Shown piece after piece: positions 22,736 to 35,364 of a DNA stretch of 64,000 nucleotides; the first letter of the stretch is position 1; the number at the start of each line of letters is the position of its first letter. The position numbers were made by a program, and so were the translations under genes. The notes under the pieces are model-generated. The model made no database searches, was not told the origin of the DNA, and worked only from the letters and a program-made list of their open reading frames with translations. Origin of the DNA: an uncultured delta proteobacterium (lineage in GTDB: Bacteria > Myxococcota_A > Polyangia > Polyangiales > Polyangiaceae). The DNA lies in the NCBI GenBank assembly GCA_963850305.1, contig CAWKKR010000001.1, positions 288,001 to 352,000 of the forward strand, written 5' to 3'.

Positions 22736-24702
22736 GCCGCGTGCGCCTCGCGCACGTAATCGACCAGGTCACTCAGGATGCGCGATATCTGAAAATCCTT
22801 CGGCGTGTAGACCGCGCGCACCCCGGATCGGCGCAGCTCCTCCGCGTCCGTCTCCGGAATGATGCCACCCGCGATCACCGGGATGCCCGAGAGACCTTGC
22901 TTCTTCATCTGCTCGATCACCTGGTGAACCAGATCGAGATGAGCGCCACTGAGGATGCTGAGGCCGACGAGATGAACACCCTCGTCCGCGGCCGCGCGCG
23001 CGAGTTGCTGCGGCGTGACTCGGATGCCTTCGTAGACGACCTCGAAGCCTGCGTCGCGGGCGCGGAGCGCGATCTGTTCGGCGCCGTTCGAGTGACCGTC
23101 CAGGCCAGGCTTACCGACGAGCAGCTTCGGCCGCCTACCGAGCTCGGTCTGGAGCGCGACGACCTTCTTGCGGAGGGCGTCGAGAGCAGACGCATCGCCG
23201 ATCACGGCGCGCGCTCCGCCGACTCCGGTCGGCGCGCGGTACTCCCCGAAGGACTCGCGAAGCAACCCGGCCCATTCACCCGTCGTGACGCCAGCCTTCG
23301 CCGCGGCGATCGACGCGGGCATGATGTTCTGGCCGGTCTTTGCCGCCTCGCGCAACCCGGAAAGCGCTCGCTCGATCGCCGCACTGGCGCGGCTTTTGCG
23401 CCACGCGGCGAGACGCTCGACCTGCTCGCGCTCCGCGGCGGGATCGACGCGCAGGATGGCGTCTGCGCCGCCCTCGGTCTGGAGCGGACTCGGCGCCGTC
23501 TCGACGAATTTGTTCATCCCGACCACGACCTGGTCACCGCGCTCGATACCGGCGATCCGCGCCGCGTGCGACGCCACGAGCTGCTCCTTGACGTACTCGA
23601 CCGCCGGCACGACTCCCCCGCGCGCGAGCACGGCTTCCACTTCCGCCCACGCCGCGCCGGCGATCTCCTTCACTCGAGCTTCGATTACGGGAGAGCCGTC
23701 GAAGATGTCGCCAAACTCGAGCAGGTCGGTCTCGTACGCGAGAATCTGCTGGGTCCGGAGCGATAGCTGCTGATCCCACGGCCGCGGCAGGCCGAGAGCC
23801 TCGTTCCATGCCGGGAGCTGGATCGCGCGAGCGCGCGCGTCCCGGCTGAGAGTCACGCCGAGCATCTCGAGCGCGATGCGGATTATGTTGTTCTCGGGCT
23901 GAGCTTCCGTGAGGCCGAGCGAGTTTACCTGCACGCCGTAGCGGAACCGAAGGGCCTTCGGGTCCGTGATGCCGTATCGCTCGCGGCCGAGCTTCTCCCA
24001 AAGACGGCCGAAGGCGCGCTGCTTGCAGACCTCGTCGAGGAAGCGAATGCTCGAATTGATGAAGAAGGAGAGCCGCGAAAATGTGTCCGTCAGTACCGCG
24101 CCCTCGACCCCGCGGCCCCGCACGGTATCGAGGACTGCGATCGCCGTCGAGAGCGCGTACGCCACTTCCTGCTCGGGGGTCGCGCCGGCTTCCTGCAAGT
24201 GATAGCTGCAAATGTTCGTCGGATTCCACTCGGGTACCTTTTCCACCGTGTAGAGCACGGTATCCGCGATGAGCCGCATGCTCGGTTCGGGCGGGAAAAT
24301 ATACGTCCCGCGCGACAGGTATTCCTTGATGATGTCGTTCTGCGTCGTGCCGCGGAGCTTCCGCGTGTCGGCGCCCTGTTCCTCCGCAACCGCGATGTAG
24401 AGAGACAGAAGCCAAGCCGCAGTGGCGTTGATCGTCATCGACGTGTTCATTCGCTCGAGCGCGATGCCGTCGAACAGCACCCGCATGTCGCCGATGTGGC
24501 AGATCGGGACGCCGGTCCGGCCGACCTCACCCCGCGCAAGCGGGTGATCCGAGTCGTAGCCAGTCTGGGTCGGCAGATCGAAGGCCACGCTGAGGCCGGT
24601 CTGCCCTTTGGCCAGATTCTGCTTGTAGAGCTCGTTCGACGCTTTCGGAGAGCTGTGCCCCGAATACGTCCGCATGATCCAAACGGGGTCTTTCTTCTTC
24701 AC
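22732..24702 (-). CDS. ecm: Ethylmalonyl-CoA mutase (MeaA/Ecm)
   Basis: MRTYSGHS and YGVQVNSLG (Ecm-type rather than Mcm RQYAGF/HCQTSG), AFDLPTQTGYD, and B12 motif GLDGHSNG. Confidence 0.92.
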   Translation of the reverse strand: MKKKDPVWIMRTYSGHSSPKASNELYKQNLAKGQTGLSVAFDLPTQTGYDSDHPLARGEVGRTGVPICHIGDMRVLFDGIALERMNTSMTINATAAWLLSLYIAVAEEQGADTRKLRGTTQNDIIKEYLSRGTYIFPPEPSMRLIADTVLYTVEKVPEWNPTNICSYHLQEAGATPEQEVAYALSTAIAVLDTVRGRGVEGAVLTDTFSRLSFFINSSIRFLDEVCKQRAFGRLWEKLGRERYGITDPKALRFRYGVQVNSLGLTEAQPENNIIRIALEMLGVTLSRDARARAIQLPAWNEALGLPRPWDQQLSLRTQQILAYETDLLEFGDIFDGSPVIEARVKEIAGAAWAEVEAVLARGGVVPAVEYVKEQLVASHAARIAGIERGDQVVVGMNKFVETAPSPLQTEGGADAILRVDPAAEREQVERLAAWRKSRASAAIERALSGLREAAKTGQNIMPASIAAAKAGVTTGEWAGLLRESFGEYRAPTGVGGARAVIGDASALDALRKKVVALQTELGRRPKLLVGKPGLDGHSNGAEQIALRARDAGFEVVYEGIRVTPQQLARAAADEGVHLVGLSILSGAHLDLVHQVIEQMKKQGLSGIPVIAGGIIPETDAEELRRSGVRAVYTPKDFQISRILSDLVDYVREAHAA

Positions 24703-24919
24703 GGCGAGATCCTGAATGCTGCCCTAGCAACCGTCCAAAGACTACGCCATCCCGGTCGAGAAAACCGAGGTATTTCCCGTAGCTGCCCGGGGAACGCGGG
24801 AGCTCGCGTCGGCACGTGGGCGCTAGTGGGAACGGCTCTTCATTGGAGCGCGAACTGGATCTATGCGCTCTAGCGGCCTCGACACGTAGGGGCTGCGTGT
24901 ACAAAGTCTGAGGCACCCG

Positions 24920-25255
24920 ATGGCCGAGGATCCCGAGAAGCGACGGAAGCAAGAGGGCGAGCTCGGCGTCGTGGAGCGGCCGACGACGAAGGAACCCCGA
25001 CGTTACCAGGTAGTACTCCACAACGACGATTACACGACGATGGAGTTCGTGGTGCACGTGCTCGAGAAATTTTTTTACAAATCCGAGACCGAGGCCACCC
25101 AGATCATGCTTCAGGTGCATCATAAGGGGTACGGGATCGTCGGACTCTTCACCCGAGACGTCGCGGAAACCAAGGCGTCCCAGGTCATGGACTACGCCAA
25201 ACAGCACGGCCATCCGCTCCGATGCACGGCCGAGCCCGAAGGGCTGTCGCAATAG
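24920..25255 (+). CDS. clpS: ATP-dependent Clp protease adaptor
   Basis: [20 protein letters not shown] and IMLQVH motifs. Confidence 0.96.
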   Translation: MAEDPEKRRKQEGELGVVERPTTKEPRRYQVVLHNDDYTTMEFVVHVLEKFFYKSETEATQIMLQVHHKGYGIVGLFTRDVAETKASQVMDYAKQHGHPLRCTAEPEGLSQ

Positions 25256-27532
25256 ATGAAAGTAAGCGCCGAAGTCGAAATTGCCTGCTCTCTCGCGGCT
25301 CGTGAAGCTCAGCGGAGGCGGCACGACGTGCTGACGGTCGAGCACCTTCTCTATGCGCTGCTCCACGACGAGGAGACGGCGAGAATTCTCCGCCGCTCGG
25401 GAGCGAACATCGGGCAGCTCAAGGCCGCGCTCGAGAAGGCCTTGGATCAGTTCATCGCGCACGTCCCCGACGGGATGGACGTCACGCCGACGCCGTCGCG
25501 CGGCTTTCAGCGGGTCCTGCAGCGGGCCGCCATTCACGTCGAGTCGAGCGGCAAGGAAGAGCTGAAGGGCTACAACGTGCTCGTCGCGATCTTCGCCGAA
25601 CTCGATTCGCACGCCGTCAAGGTCCTGAACGACGCCGGCGTCACCCGCTACGACGTCGTCAACTTCGTCTCGCACGGCGTGAGCAAGGACACGGATGACG
25701 AGATCTCCGAATCCCCGGTCGGAGCGCCCGAAACGGAAGAAGACGAGGCCACGCCGGAAAAGGACGCGCTCGCGCGGTTCGCCGTCAACCTGAACGAACG
25801 CGCGCGAGCCGGGGACATCGAGCCGCTCGTGGGGCGCGAGAAGGAAATCCGGCGTGCCATCCAGGTGCTCTGCAGGCGCCGCAAGAACAACCCGATCTTC
25901 GTCGGGGACGCGGGCGTCGGAAAGACGGCCATCGTCGAAGGCCTTGCCGCTCTCATTGCCGAGGGCAAAGTGCCGAAGCCCCTCGAGAGCGTGACGATCT
26001 ATGCGCTCGACATGGGCGCGCTCATTGCGGGAACCAAGTTCCGGGGAGACTTCGAGAATCGCGTGAAGGCCGTTCTCAAGGGGCTCGGCAAGCAACCGGG
26101 CGCAATCCTGTTCATCGACGAGATTCACACCGTCATCGGAGCCGGGGCGACCAGCGGGGGGACCCTGGACGCGTCGAATCTCCTCAAACCTGCTCTCGCG
26201 GGCGGCAAGCTCCGGTGCATGGGCGCGACGACGTTCGAGGAGTACCGCCGTCACCTCGAACGGGACGCGGCGCTCGCTCGTCGCTTTCAGAAGATCGAGG
26301 TGCTCGAACCGAGCGTCGAGGACACCGTCGGGATCCTGAAGGGTCTGGTGCCGCGGTACGAGGAGTTCCACCTCGTGAAGTACACGGAGGCGGCCGTCCG
26401 GGCTGCGGCTACGCTTGCCGCGCGGCACCTCCACGACCGCCGGCTACCCGACAAAGCGATCGACCTCATCGACGAGAGCGGGGCCGACGCGAAGCTCGAT
26501 CTGGGAGACAACGCAACGGTCGACGAGGCGCGGATCGAAATCGTGCTGGCTCGGATGGCCCAGGTACCGCCCAAGCAAGTCTCGAGCTCCGACAAGGACT
26601 CGCTCCGGAACCTCGAGAGCGAGTTGAAGCGCGTCGTGTTCGGTCAAGATCGTGCCCTCTCGGAGCTCACGGCTGCGATCAAGCTGTCACGGGCAGGACT
26701 GCGAGCGCCCGAAAAGCCCATCGGCAGCTATCTCTTCACCGGCCCCACTGGCGTCGGCAAGACCGAGGTCGCGCGGCAGCTCGCGAGGACCATGGGGATC
26801 GAGCTGCTCCGGTTCGACATGAGCGAGTTCCACGAGCTTCACAGCGCATCGAAGCTGATCGGCGCGCCACCCGGCTACGTCGGCCATGACCGCGGCGGGG
26901 TCCTCACGGACGCCATCACGAAGACGCCTCACGCGGTTCTCCTCCTGGACGAGATCGAGAAGGCTCATCCGGACGTGTTCAATGTGTTTCTCCAGATCAT
27001 GGACTACGGACGCTTGACCGACGCACACGGGCGGAAAACGGACTTCCGCCACGTGGTGGTCATCTTCGCGAGCAACGTGGGCGCGGCGGACCTCGCGAGG
27101 GTGAAGGTGGGCTTTGGCCAGAATCAGAGTCGTGGGGACGACGAAACCGCGTTCAAGAACACGTTCAGCCCCGAGTTCCGAAACCGGCTCGACGCGCGCA
27201 TTCGATTTGGTCCGCTGACCCCCGACGTCATGCATCACATCGTGGACAAGGCCGTCAAAGAGCTCGTGGTGCAGCTCGCCGAACGCCACGTGACAATCGT
27301 GCTCACGGACTCTGCCCGTGATCACTTTGCGAAGAAGGGCTACGATGTCGACAATGGCGCGCGGCCGCTCGCGCGCCTCATCCAGGACGAGATCAAGCGG
27401 CCCCTCGCCGACGAGATCTTGTTCGGCAAGCTCGACGGGGGCGGTACCGTCGAGGTGGATGTGGTAGACAGTCGCGTCGAATTTCATGTCGAACCGTCGG
27501 AATCGGCACCGCCCGATCGCACCCTCAACTGA
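25256..27532 (+). CDS. clpA: ATP-dependent Clp protease ATP-binding subunit
   Basis: Two AAA modules ([16 protein letters not shown]), no middle coiled-coil domain, VGF loop; follows clpS. Confidence 0.95.
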   Translation: MKVSAEVEIACSLAAREAQRRRHDVLTVEHLLYALLHDEETARILRRSGANIGQLKAALEKALDQFIAHVPDGMDVTPTPSRGFQRVLQRAAIHVESSGKEELKGYNVLVAIFAELDSHAVKVLNDAGVTRYDVVNFVSHGVSKDTDDEISESPVGAPETEEDEATPEKDALARFAVNLNERARAGDIEPLVGREKEIRRAIQVLCRRRKNNPIFVGDAGVGKTAIVEGLAALIAEGKVPKPLESVTIYALDMGALIAGTKFRGDFENRVKAVLKGLGKQPGAILFIDEIHTVIGAGATSGGTLDASNLLKPALAGGKLRCMGATTFEEYRRHLERDAALARRFQKIEVLEPSVEDTVGILKGLVPRYEEFHLVKYTEAAVRAAATLAARHLHDRRLPDKAIDLIDESGADAKLDLGDNATVDEARIEIVLARMAQVPPKQVSSSDKDSLRNLESELKRVVFGQDRALSELTAAIKLSRAGLRAPEKPIGSYLFTGPTGVGKTEVARQLARTMGIELLRFDMSEFHELHSASKLIGAPPGYVGHDRGGVLTDAITKTPHAVLLLDEIEKAHPDVFNVFLQIMDYGRLTDAHGRKTDFRHVVVIFASNVGAADLARVKVGFGQNQSRGDDETAFKNTFSPEFRNRLDARIRFGPLTPDVMHHIVDKAVKELVVQLAERHVTIVLTDSARDHFAKKGYDVDNGARPLARLIQDEIKRPLADEILFGKLDGGGTVEVDVVDSRVEFHVEPSESAPPDRTLN

Positions 27533-27544
27533 CGCTTGCGCGCC

Positions 27545-28162
27545 ATGATCGTCATCGTCGACTACGACGCCGGAAACCTCGGGAGCGTGAAGCGGGCCTG
27601 TGACGCGAGCCGGGTTGCCTCCGTGATCAGCAAAGATCCGGGCGAGATCGGACGCGCCGAGCGCGTCATCTTCCCCGGCATCGGCGCGGCGGAGAGCTCG
27701 ATGGACACCGTCCGGAGCCGAGGGCTGGACCAGGCGCTCCGCGAGGCCCTCGGGCGCGGCGCGCCGGTGCTCGGTATCTGCATCGGCGCGCAGATCATCC
27801 TCGACCGGTCGGAAGAAGGCGACACGCCGTGCCTCGGCTTCGTTCCGGGAACGACGGTCCGATTTCGACCGACGGACCCCGGCATCAAGGTGCCTCACAT
27901 AGGCTGGAACGAGGTTCGTGTCGAGCAGCCGCACCCGTTGCTGGCCGGCCTCGAACCGGGTGACGAACTGTACTTCGTCCACTCGTACTACCCGAGCCCG
28001 CGCGACCGTTCCCGCGTGTTTGCCACGTCGGACTACGACGGTGAGTTCTGCTGCGCGCTCGGCGAGGGCAGTCTCTTTGCGACGCAGTTCCATCCGGAGA
28101 AGAGCGGGGAGCTCGGCCTCGACCTGTTCCGCCGCTTCTCGACCTGGGACGGCGCGTGCTGA
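27545..28162 (+). CDS. hisH: Imidazole glycerol phosphate synthase glutaminase subunit
   Basis: [29 protein letters not shown] and QFHPEKS motifs. Confidence 0.95.
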   Translation: MIVIVDYDAGNLGSVKRACDASRVASVISKDPGEIGRAERVIFPGIGAAESSMDTVRSRGLDQALREALGRGAPVLGICIGAQIILDRSEEGDTPCLGFVPGTTVRFRPTDPGIKVPHIGWNEVRVEQPHPLLAGLEPGDELYFVHSYYPSPRDRSRVFATSDYDGEFCCALGEGSLFATQFHPEKSGELGLDLFRRFSTWDGAC

Positions 28163-28971
28163 GCAAACGCGTCATCGCCTGCCTGGACGTCCGGGATGGG
28201 AAGCTCGCGAAGAGCGTGAAGTTCGTCGACACGAAGGACATCGGAGACCCGGTCGAAAAGGCGCGCGAATATTATCGGAGCGGGCTGGACGAGCTAGTGT
28301 TCTACGACATCACCGCGTCGAGCGACGGCCGGGGTATCTTGCTCGATGTCGTCGAGCGTGTGGCCGCGGAGGTGTTCATTCCGTTCTCGGTCGGCGGCGG
28401 CATTCGCTCGGTGGACGACGCGACGAGCCTCCGAATGGCCGGCGCGGAAAAGATCAACGTGAACAGCGCGGCCGTCAAAGATCCGGGACTCATCGCGCGC
28501 TGCTCGCACGCGATCGGCGCGCAGAGCGTCGTCCTCTCCATGGATGTGCGTCGGACGGAGCGCTCCGCGACAATCCCGTCGGGATACGAGGTCGTCATCA
28601 ACGGCGGTCGAACCCCGGTCGGGCGCGACGCGGTCGAGTGGGCACGCGAGGGCGAGCGTCTCGGCGCCGGCGAGCTGGTGGTGAACTCGATCGATGCCGA
28701 CGGCACCCGCGAGGGATACGAAATTCGACTCACGCGGGCGATCGCGGACGCCGTGAAGATCCCGGTCATCGCGTCCGGCGGCGCGGGCAAACCCGAACAC
28801 CTCTACGAGGTGCTGACCGAAGGGCACGCCGACGCAGCGCTGGTCGCGTCGATGGTCCATTACGGCGAGTACACGATACGCGATCTCAAGGACCATCTCC
28901 GGAGCCGAGGCGTGAAGGTTCGCTGGCCCCGCTCGATGCGAACGTCGCCCGACGACGGTGTTCCCCCCTGA
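28156..28971 (+). CDS. hisF: Imidazole glycerol phosphate synthase cyclase subunit
   Basis: [32 protein letters not shown] and IASGGAG motifs. Confidence 0.95.
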   Translation: MLSKRVIACLDVRDGKLAKSVKFVDTKDIGDPVEKAREYYRSGLDELVFYDITASSDGRGILLDVVERVAAEVFIPFSVGGGIRSVDDATSLRMAGAEKINVNSAAVKDPGLIARCSHAIGAQSVVLSMDVRRTERSATIPSGYEVVINGGRTPVGRDAVEWAREGERLGAGELVVNSIDADGTREGYEIRLTRAIADAVKIPVIASGGAGKPEHLYEVLTEGHADAALVASMVHYGEYTIRDLKDHLRSRGVKVRWPRSMRTSPDDGVPP

Positions 28972-29055
28972 GCGGCTGCGCGATTGGGGGGGAAACGGCC
29001 GCCCGCAGCGAGGGGAACGAGCGAGGACGGACGATGGGGGGCAGCCTCATCGAAG

Positions 29056-30141
29056 TCACGGCTTGAACAGATCCGAGAGATCGGTGGCGGACGCTGCAGC
29101 CCGCAGGAACGGCGAGACGCCGAAGATCTCCTCCACCGTGCGAAGCGTCGAGCTGTGATCGTAAGCCACGGTGTTCGTGTAGCCCCCTCCCCTGGCGAGC
29201 GGCGACAGGACGATCATGCCGATCGGGCAATCGGCGCTCGGGCAGCTGTCGGCGGTGCCGGCCTCGTCCCACGTGATGAAGATCGCGCCGTCGTCCTGGT
29301 AAGCGCTGGATGCCTGGATCTTCGGCACCCACGTCGCCAGCCAGTCGTCGCCCTGGCGCGTCGTGTTGCCGAATGGGGGACACTCGTCATGCATGTCGTT
29401 GCACATGTTCGGCGTGATGAAGTTGTACCGGCCGACCTTGTTCGCTGCGAGGTCCGATTCGAAATCGCCGAACTCGCCTACTGCCTTCACCAGCGGCCGC
29501 ACGTGCTCGATGCAACGCGGCGCCTTGGGATCGTTCGAACCGGTGACGTCGTCGAAGAACACCATCGGATCGTGCTTCGGAGCATAGTTGCGCGATCGCT
29601 CGAGCGGACACTCGTCGCCTGCGATGTCTTCCTCGTACGCCCTCCAGCTCACGTGCGCGTGCTCGAGCTGGTTGACGAGGTGCATCGGCGTCGCGCGATG
29701 GTTCCGCGCCGGACCGTCATCGTCCGTGATGCCAAGGTTGTCGCCGGCCTCGAGCCACACGTAGTTCGGCTCGCTCGGATGCAAGGCTCCGTTCAGCGGC
29801 CCACGGTAGTTCTCGGCGTAGGAGGCTCTGGGCAACAGGGTTTTGTTGAGAAAAGGGGCATCCGGGCTCCCCTTGACGGTCGACCAGGCCTTGTTTTCCA
29901 TGAGAACGAGAAACACGGTCTTGATTCTGCCGAGCCGGGGGTCGGGCGCGCTCGGGGAGGCCACTCCGGGCAGAGCCGGTGCCGCCGCTGGAGCGGTGAG
30001 CCTCGGCGCGCGTTCGCGAGCCGTGAGTGCCGCGGGCGGCGCCGCCTGGCCGGAACTCGATGGCGCCGACGCGTTCGATTTACAGCCTGACGCGCCGAGC
30101 CACGCGGCGAGAACTACCGTCTTCGACACGAGATTTCTCAT
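29056..30141 (-). CDS. Phosphoesterase/acid-phosphatase-family lipoprotein
   Basis: Lipobox (LGASG-C), [32 protein letters not shown] and [11 protein letters not shown] motifs. Confidence 0.85.
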   Translation of the reverse strand: MRNLVSKTVVLAAWLGASGCKSNASAPSSSGQAAPPAALTARERAPRLTAPAAAPALPGVASPSAPDPRLGRIKTVFLVLMENKAWSTVKGSPDAPFLNKTLLPRASYAENYRGPLNGALHPSEPNYVWLEAGDNLGITDDDGPARNHRATPMHLVNQLEHAHVSWRAYEEDIAGDECPLERSRNYAPKHDPMVFFDDVTGSNDPKAPRCIEHVRPLVKAVGEFGDFESDLAANKVGRYNFITPNMCNDMHDECPPFGNTTRQGDDWLATWVPKIQASSAYQDDGAIFITWDEAGTADSCPSADCPIGMIVLSPLARGGGYTNTVAYDHSSTLRTVEEIFGVSPFLRAAASATDLSDLFKP

Positions 30142-30229
30142 GTGCGCCAGTATACGCGGACACGTTGATGGCCTCCGCCCGCTGTGTATGATGCCGCCCG
30201 AAACCAGGAACAGGGCGGAAGACCTAGAA

Positions 30230-31129
30230 ATGTTGAGCATCGATCTCAGGGGTAAGCGGGCGCTCATCGCGGGGATCGCCGACGACGGCGGTTATGGCTG
30301 GGCCATCGCCAAGGCCCTCGTCGAGGCCGGCGCGACGGTCTGTGCAGGAACCTGGCCGCCCGCGTTGAACATCTTCAAGACGATGCTCGAGCGCGGCAAA
30401 TTCGACGACTCGCGCCGGATGACGGACGGTTCGATGCTCGGCTTCGAGCGCGTCTACCCCCTCGACGCCGCATTCGACGTGCTCGCGGATGCGCCCGAGG
30501 AGATCAAGACCAACCGGCGCTACGCGAGTCTGGGAGATTTCTCCATCACCGGGATCGTCGATCGGTTGACCGAGGATTTCGGCGAAAAGCCTCTCGACAT
30601 GGTCGTCCATTCACTCGCCAACGGTCCCGAGGTCAAAAAGCCGCTCCTCGAAACGAGCCGTAGCGGCTACCTGACGGCCGTTGGCGTCAGCGCGTACTCG
30701 TTCGTGTCGATGACGAGTCGTCTCGCTCCCTTGATGCGCCCGAAGGGTTCGTTCTTGTCGCTCAGTTACATCGCCGCCGAGCGCGTCTGCCCGGGATACG
30801 GCGGGGGCATGTCATCGGCGAAGGCGGCCCTCGAAAGCGACACGCGCACGCTCGCGTTCGAGGCCGGTCGCAAGTACGGCCTCCGCGTGAACTCGATCTC
30901 CGCAGGGCCCTGGGCGTCGCGGGCCGCGACGGCCATCGGGATCATCGACGAGACCATCCGCTACACGGCCGCGAACGCTCCGCTCCAGGAGCACCTCACC
31001 GCCGAGGAGGTCGGCGCCACGGCAGCCTTCCTCTTGAGCCCCCTCGCCAGTGGGATCACGGGCACGGTCGTGTACGTGGACAAGGGTTATCACACGATGG
31101 GCAAGGCGACCGAGGATCGATACGCCTGA
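30230..31129 (+). CDS. fabI: Enoyl-ACP reductase (plant/chlamydial-type FabI)
   Basis: [49 protein letters not shown] and ISAGP motifs. Confidence 0.9.
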   Translation: MLSIDLRGKRALIAGIADDGGYGWAIAKALVEAGATVCAGTWPPALNIFKTMLERGKFDDSRRMTDGSMLGFERVYPLDAAFDVLADAPEEIKTNRRYASLGDFSITGIVDRLTEDFGEKPLDMVVHSLANGPEVKKPLLETSRSGYLTAVGVSAYSFVSMTSRLAPLMRPKGSFLSLSYIAAERVCPGYGGGMSSAKAALESDTRTLAFEAGRKYGLRVNSISAGPWASRAATAIGIIDETIRYTAANAPLQEHLTAEEVGATAAFLLSPLASGITGTVVYVDKGYHTMGKATEDRYA

Positions 31130-31159
31130 CACTGACGCCATGTCCGGCGGACCCGGCGA

Positions 31160-32233
31160 TCAGCGACGCTTCGGAAGCAGCGCCCAGTAGTCGAGGTCCA
31201 GGACCACGTTCGGGTGGTAGCTCGATTTCCCGTCCTTCTCGACCTTCAGGGGGAAGGGTTCGACCTTCAGATCGTGGTTCTTGACGCCAACCAGCCGGAG
31301 CCGGAGCGCGCCCACGTCCGGGCGTTCCGGGACGTCGGCGTTGTCGATGACCTCGCTCCAGGCGTAGATGGTGTCGCCGGCAAACGTCGGGTTCGCGTGC
31401 GCACCGCCGTTCCACGCCAGGATCCCGAGCACGTTCTCGAGTCCGTTGAATGCCAGCGACCTGGCGAGGCTGATCACGTGTCCGCCGTAGATGAGGCGCT
31501 TGCCGAACCGCGTATTCTTGGCGGCGAAGCCGTCGAAATGCACCTTCGCGGTGTTCTGGTAGAGGCGTGTCGCGATGGCATGCTCGGACTCCTCGATCGT
31601 CATGCCGTCGACGTGATCGATGCGCTCGCCCTTCTGGTAGTCCTCGAAGAACGCTCGGCCTCCGGAGACCCACGGCTCGTAACCTTCGAGATGCAATGAA
31701 CGAGGGAGAACGAGCTCGCTCGCGGCCACTTCCTTGGGCATCTCGGGGGCGTCGTTCGCACCCGTCGGTGTCCTCGGGTCGCGCTTGTTGACCATCACCC
31801 AGCGGAAGAACTCGAGCACCTTCGCGCCGCGCTGGTTCGTCCCGGTCGATCTGACCCACACGACCCCGTTTTCGCCGCTCTTGTTCTCCTTCTTCCCCAT
31901 CACCTCGGACACGGTACGGAGCGTGTCTCCGGGGTACACCGGCTCGAGGAACCGTACGGCGGCGTACCCGAGGTTCGCGACGGCGTTCAGGGAGACGTCG
32001 TTGACGGTCTTCCCAAACACCATGTGGAACACGAGCAGATCGTTGATGGTCTCGCGCTCGTAGCCGAGCGATCGAGCGAACTCCGCCGATGAGTGGAGCG
32101 GATAGCGATCGCCCGTGAGTCCGATGTAAAGGGACTGGTCGCCTTCCGTGATGGTCCGGGGTACCGCGTGAACGAGCTTCGCGCCGCGCGCAAAATCCTC
32201 GAAAAAGTTACCGAGGTTGGTCTTGTTGGCCAT
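31160..32233 (-). CDS. mch: Mesaconyl-CoA hydratase (double MaoC hot-dog fold)
   Basis: KTNLGNFFEDF, VFGKTV.DVSLNAVANLGY, IDHVDG, YQNTAKVHF and YGGHVISLAR motifs; lies in an operon with ccr. Confidence 0.88.
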   Translation of the reverse strand: MANKTNLGNFFEDFARGAKLVHAVPRTITEGDQSLYIGLTGDRYPLHSSAEFARSLGYERETINDLLVFHMVFGKTVNDVSLNAVANLGYAAVRFLEPVYPGDTLRTVSEVMGKKENKSGENGVVWVRSTGTNQRGAKVLEFFRWVMVNKRDPRTPTGANDAPEMPKEVAASELVLPRSLHLEGYEPWVSGGRAFFEDYQKGERIDHVDGMTIEESEHAIATRLYQNTAKVHFDGFAAKNTRFGKRLIYGGHVISLARSLAFNGLENVLGILAWNGGAHANPTFAGDTIYAWSEVIDNADVPERPDVGALRLRLVGVKNHDLKVEPFPLKVEKDGKSSYHPNVVLDLDYWALLPKRR

Positions 32234-32260
32234 GTCGTCCTTCCGGGATTCGTCCGACGT

Positions 32261-33514
32261 TCAGCGACTTTCCGATAGGGTCTTCATGCCGCGCTTCGTC
32301 GCATTGACCAGGATCGACATGTTGCCGTTCGGATGCTTGTTCTCGCGCATGAGCTGGTGACAGGCGCCCGTTTCCCCGAACTCGAACACACGGGACAGGC
32401 ACGGGTCGACCTTCCCCGCGATGACGAGATCGTTGATGCCCTTCGCTTGCTCGTCGTTCGCGAAGTGGGAGCCTTGAAAGCGCTTCTGCCGCATCCAGTG
32501 GTACCTGAGATCGAATGTCGCGTTGTAGCCGGTGGTGCCAGCACAGATGACAACCATCCCACCCGTTTCGCAGACGAAGACGGAGGTCGGGACCGTGTCT
32601 TCGCCGGGGTGCTCGAACACGATCGTCGGGCTGGCTTTCTCGCCGAGCGCGTCCCAGAATGCCTTGCCGAACGCGCGGACCCCGGTGAGCCACTTGCCGT
32701 ATGCGGCATCGTCCTTCCAGTGGGGCAGCATTCCCCAGTGCTCGAACTGCCTCCGGTTGATGGTGCCGATTGCTCCGAGCTTCTTGCAATATTCGACCTT
32801 GTCGTCGCCGCTCACGACGGCGACGGCACGCCCCCCAGCGGCCTTGACGATCTGGATGGCCATGCTGCCGAGACCGCCCGCGCCGCCCCAGATGAGAACG
32901 GGATCCCCGGGCCTCACGACATTCGGCGACCAGCCGTGAAGCATGCGGTAGGCCGTCGCGCCGACGAGCATGTACGCGGCAGCGTCCTCCCAGGAGAGGT
33001 GCTTCGGCTTCGGAAGGCACATGTGATCTTGCACCTTCGTGAACTGGGCGAAACTCCCCCAGTTCGTCTCGTAACCCCAGATGAGCTGCGACGGCGCGAA
33101 CATAGGGTCCTTGCCGGCTTTGACGTGCGGATCCTCGGGATCCCACCAGCCGCAATGCGTGACGACCTCGTCGCCGACCTCGAGGTTCTTCACGTCCCTG
33201 CCAACCTTCCACACGATGCCACTCGCGTCGGAACCGCCGATGTGAAAATTCTCGGCTTCGCCCTTCTTCTGTCGGGCCTTGATGACGTTGATCGGGATGC
33301 CGAGGGCGGCCCAGACGTTGTTGTAGTTCACGCCCGCGGCCATCACGTAGACGAGCACCTCCCGCGGACCAATCTCCGGAACCTCGATTGGCTCGACGCG
33401 GAAGGCTTCCCTGGGTTCACCGAAGCGTTCGGGGCGAATGACCTGTGCGTTCATTCGCCGAGGCACGTTGCCGAGTTCCGGAATTTCCCCGAGGTCGTAG
33501 ATGTCTTTGGCCAT
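32261..33514 (-). CDS. ccr: Crotonyl-CoA carboxylase/reductase
   Basis: [27 protein letters not shown] and [14 protein letters not shown]; the CO2-binding Asn/Glu/His positions are present. Confidence 0.94.
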   Translation of the reverse strand: MAKDIYDLGEIPELGNVPRRMNAQVIRPERFGEPREAFRVEPIEVPEIGPREVLVYVMAAGVNYNNVWAALGIPINVIKARQKKGEAENFHIGGSDASGIVWKVGRDVKNLEVGDEVVTHCGWWDPEDPHVKAGKDPMFAPSQLIWGYETNWGSFAQFTKVQDHMCLPKPKHLSWEDAAAYMLVGATAYRMLHGWSPNVVRPGDPVLIWGGAGGLGSMAIQIVKAAGGRAVAVVSGDDKVEYCKKLGAIGTINRRQFEHWGMLPHWKDDAAYGKWLTGVRAFGKAFWDALGEKASPTIVFEHPGEDTVPTSVFVCETGGMVVICAGTTGYNATFDLRYHWMRQKRFQGSHFANDEQAKGINDLVIAGKVDPCLSRVFEFGETGACHQLMRENKHPNGNMSILVNATKRGMKTLSESR

Positions 33515-33685
33515 TGCGGCCGCGCATCCTATAGGAACGTCGGGCACGGCGGGAAGCCGGTCGTGCTGGACTATCTCGAGCGACTTGTTGACGCGGGCCA
33601 CGCCACCCCCTATTTCCGCCCCGCACCCCCTGCAGCCGGGGCCGGCCTTCGCCCCCGCAGCGCCGGGCCGTACAAGGAGCCTCTC

Positions 33686-35351
33686 GTGAGCACCGAACCC
33701 AACCTACGTTCCGCCGTCTCCGCAATCGAGGCCCTCTTCCAGCGCGCCCTGCCGCGCGTCATCGAACACGTGGCGGAAAGCGGGAAGATCTCGTCGAAGA
33801 AGCTCGAAGTGCACCAGCTCGCGGTGCACGCCCTCGCGTACCTGGCGACCGAGCTCGAAGCTGCGCGCCAGGTGGTCGAATGGAGCGAGCGCGCCGTCAC
33901 CGCAGACCCGAAGGCCAAGGTCGAGCCCCTGATCGCGACCGTCTACGTCGGGGAACTCCTGCGGGAGCTCTCGGGCGGCATCAACCTCGGCCCGTGTGAG
34001 TCCATCGCCCCGGGTGATCTCTGGCTCGAATCGAAGGACATTGCCGAGACAGTCGGGAAACAGAGCCTGGCGCCGGTCATCGCCGCCGCCTCCGGCGCGG
34101 CCGTCTGCGAGCTCGCGAGCCTCGCCCGCGAGTCGCGAAGTTACGGCGCGTGGGGGCTAGGCGACGAAACGCTCGACACGATCCGCGACGAGTTCCGGAA
34201 ATTCACGGACAACGAAGTCGTTCCCATCGCGCAGGACGTGCACCGCAAGGACGTCCTGATCCCGATGTCGCTCATCGACAAGATGAGCGACATGGGGGTG
34301 TTCGGGCTCACGATCCCCGAGGAATACGGCGGTCAGGGACTCTCGAAGGTAGCCATGTGCGTGGTCACCGAAGAGCTGAGCCGCGGCTACATCGGCGTCG
34401 GCTCGCTCGGCACGCGTTCGGAGATTGCCGCGGAGCTCATCCTCGGCGGCGGCACGGAAGAGCAGAAAAAGCACTGGCTTCCCAAGCTCTCGTCCGGCGA
34501 GGCCATGTCGACGGCGGTGTTCACGGAGCCGAACTTCGGCTCCGACGCGGCGCACTTCCAGACGCGCGCATCCAGGCAGCCCGATGGCTCATGGACGATC
34601 GACGGATCCGAAGACGTGGATCACCCACGCAACACGGGCGGATCTGATGACGCTTCTCGCGCGGACCAACCCGAAGGAAGAGGGGTATGCCGGGCTGTCC
34701 ATGTTCCTTGCAAAGAAGACGCGGGGCAGCGAGACGAACCCGGAGCACGATGGATTTCCGGACGAGGGCATCACAGGAACGGAGATCAAGGTCCTCGGAT
34801 ACCGCGGCATGAAGGAGTTCGAGATGGGCTTCGACGGCTTCAAGGTCGACGCGGCCGCACTGCTAGGAGGCAAGGAAGGGATGGGCTTCAAGCAGCTCAT
34901 GGCCACCTTCGAGGCCGCTCGCATCCAGACCGCGGCACGGGCCATCGGAGTCGCGCAGAGCGCGCTCGAGGAGTCGATGAAGTACGCGAACGAGCGCATT
35001 CAGTTCAACGTGCCCATCTTTTCCTTTCCCCGAGTACAGCGGAAGATCGGGAGGATGATCGCGCGGATCATGGCGTCACGGCAGCTAGCGTTCTTCGCGG
35101 CCCGCGCCAAGGACACCGGGAAGCGCTGCGATCTCGAAGCCGGCATGGCAAAGCTCCTCGCGACCCGCGCCGCCTGGGAAGCTGCGGATGCATGCGTTCA
35201 AATCCACGGCGGCAACGGCTTCGCGGAGGAGTACGTGGCCTCCCGGCTGCTGGTGGACGCCCGGGTGCTCAGCATCTTCGAGGGTGCGAACGAGATTCAA
35301 GCCGGCGTGATCGCACGACGACTCATCGAACAGGGGATGCAGAAGGCCTGA
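33686..35351 (+). CDS. mcd: (2S)-methylsuccinyl-CoA dehydrogenase-like acyl-CoA dehydrogenase, frameshift near 34609
   Basis: AAGGAG RBS before GTG 33686; long N-terminal extension with [55 protein letters not shown] and IFEGANEIQ. Removing one C (GGATCCGAAG) joins the two frames. Confidence 0.85.
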
Positions 35352-35364
35352 CTCGGGCCCCACG

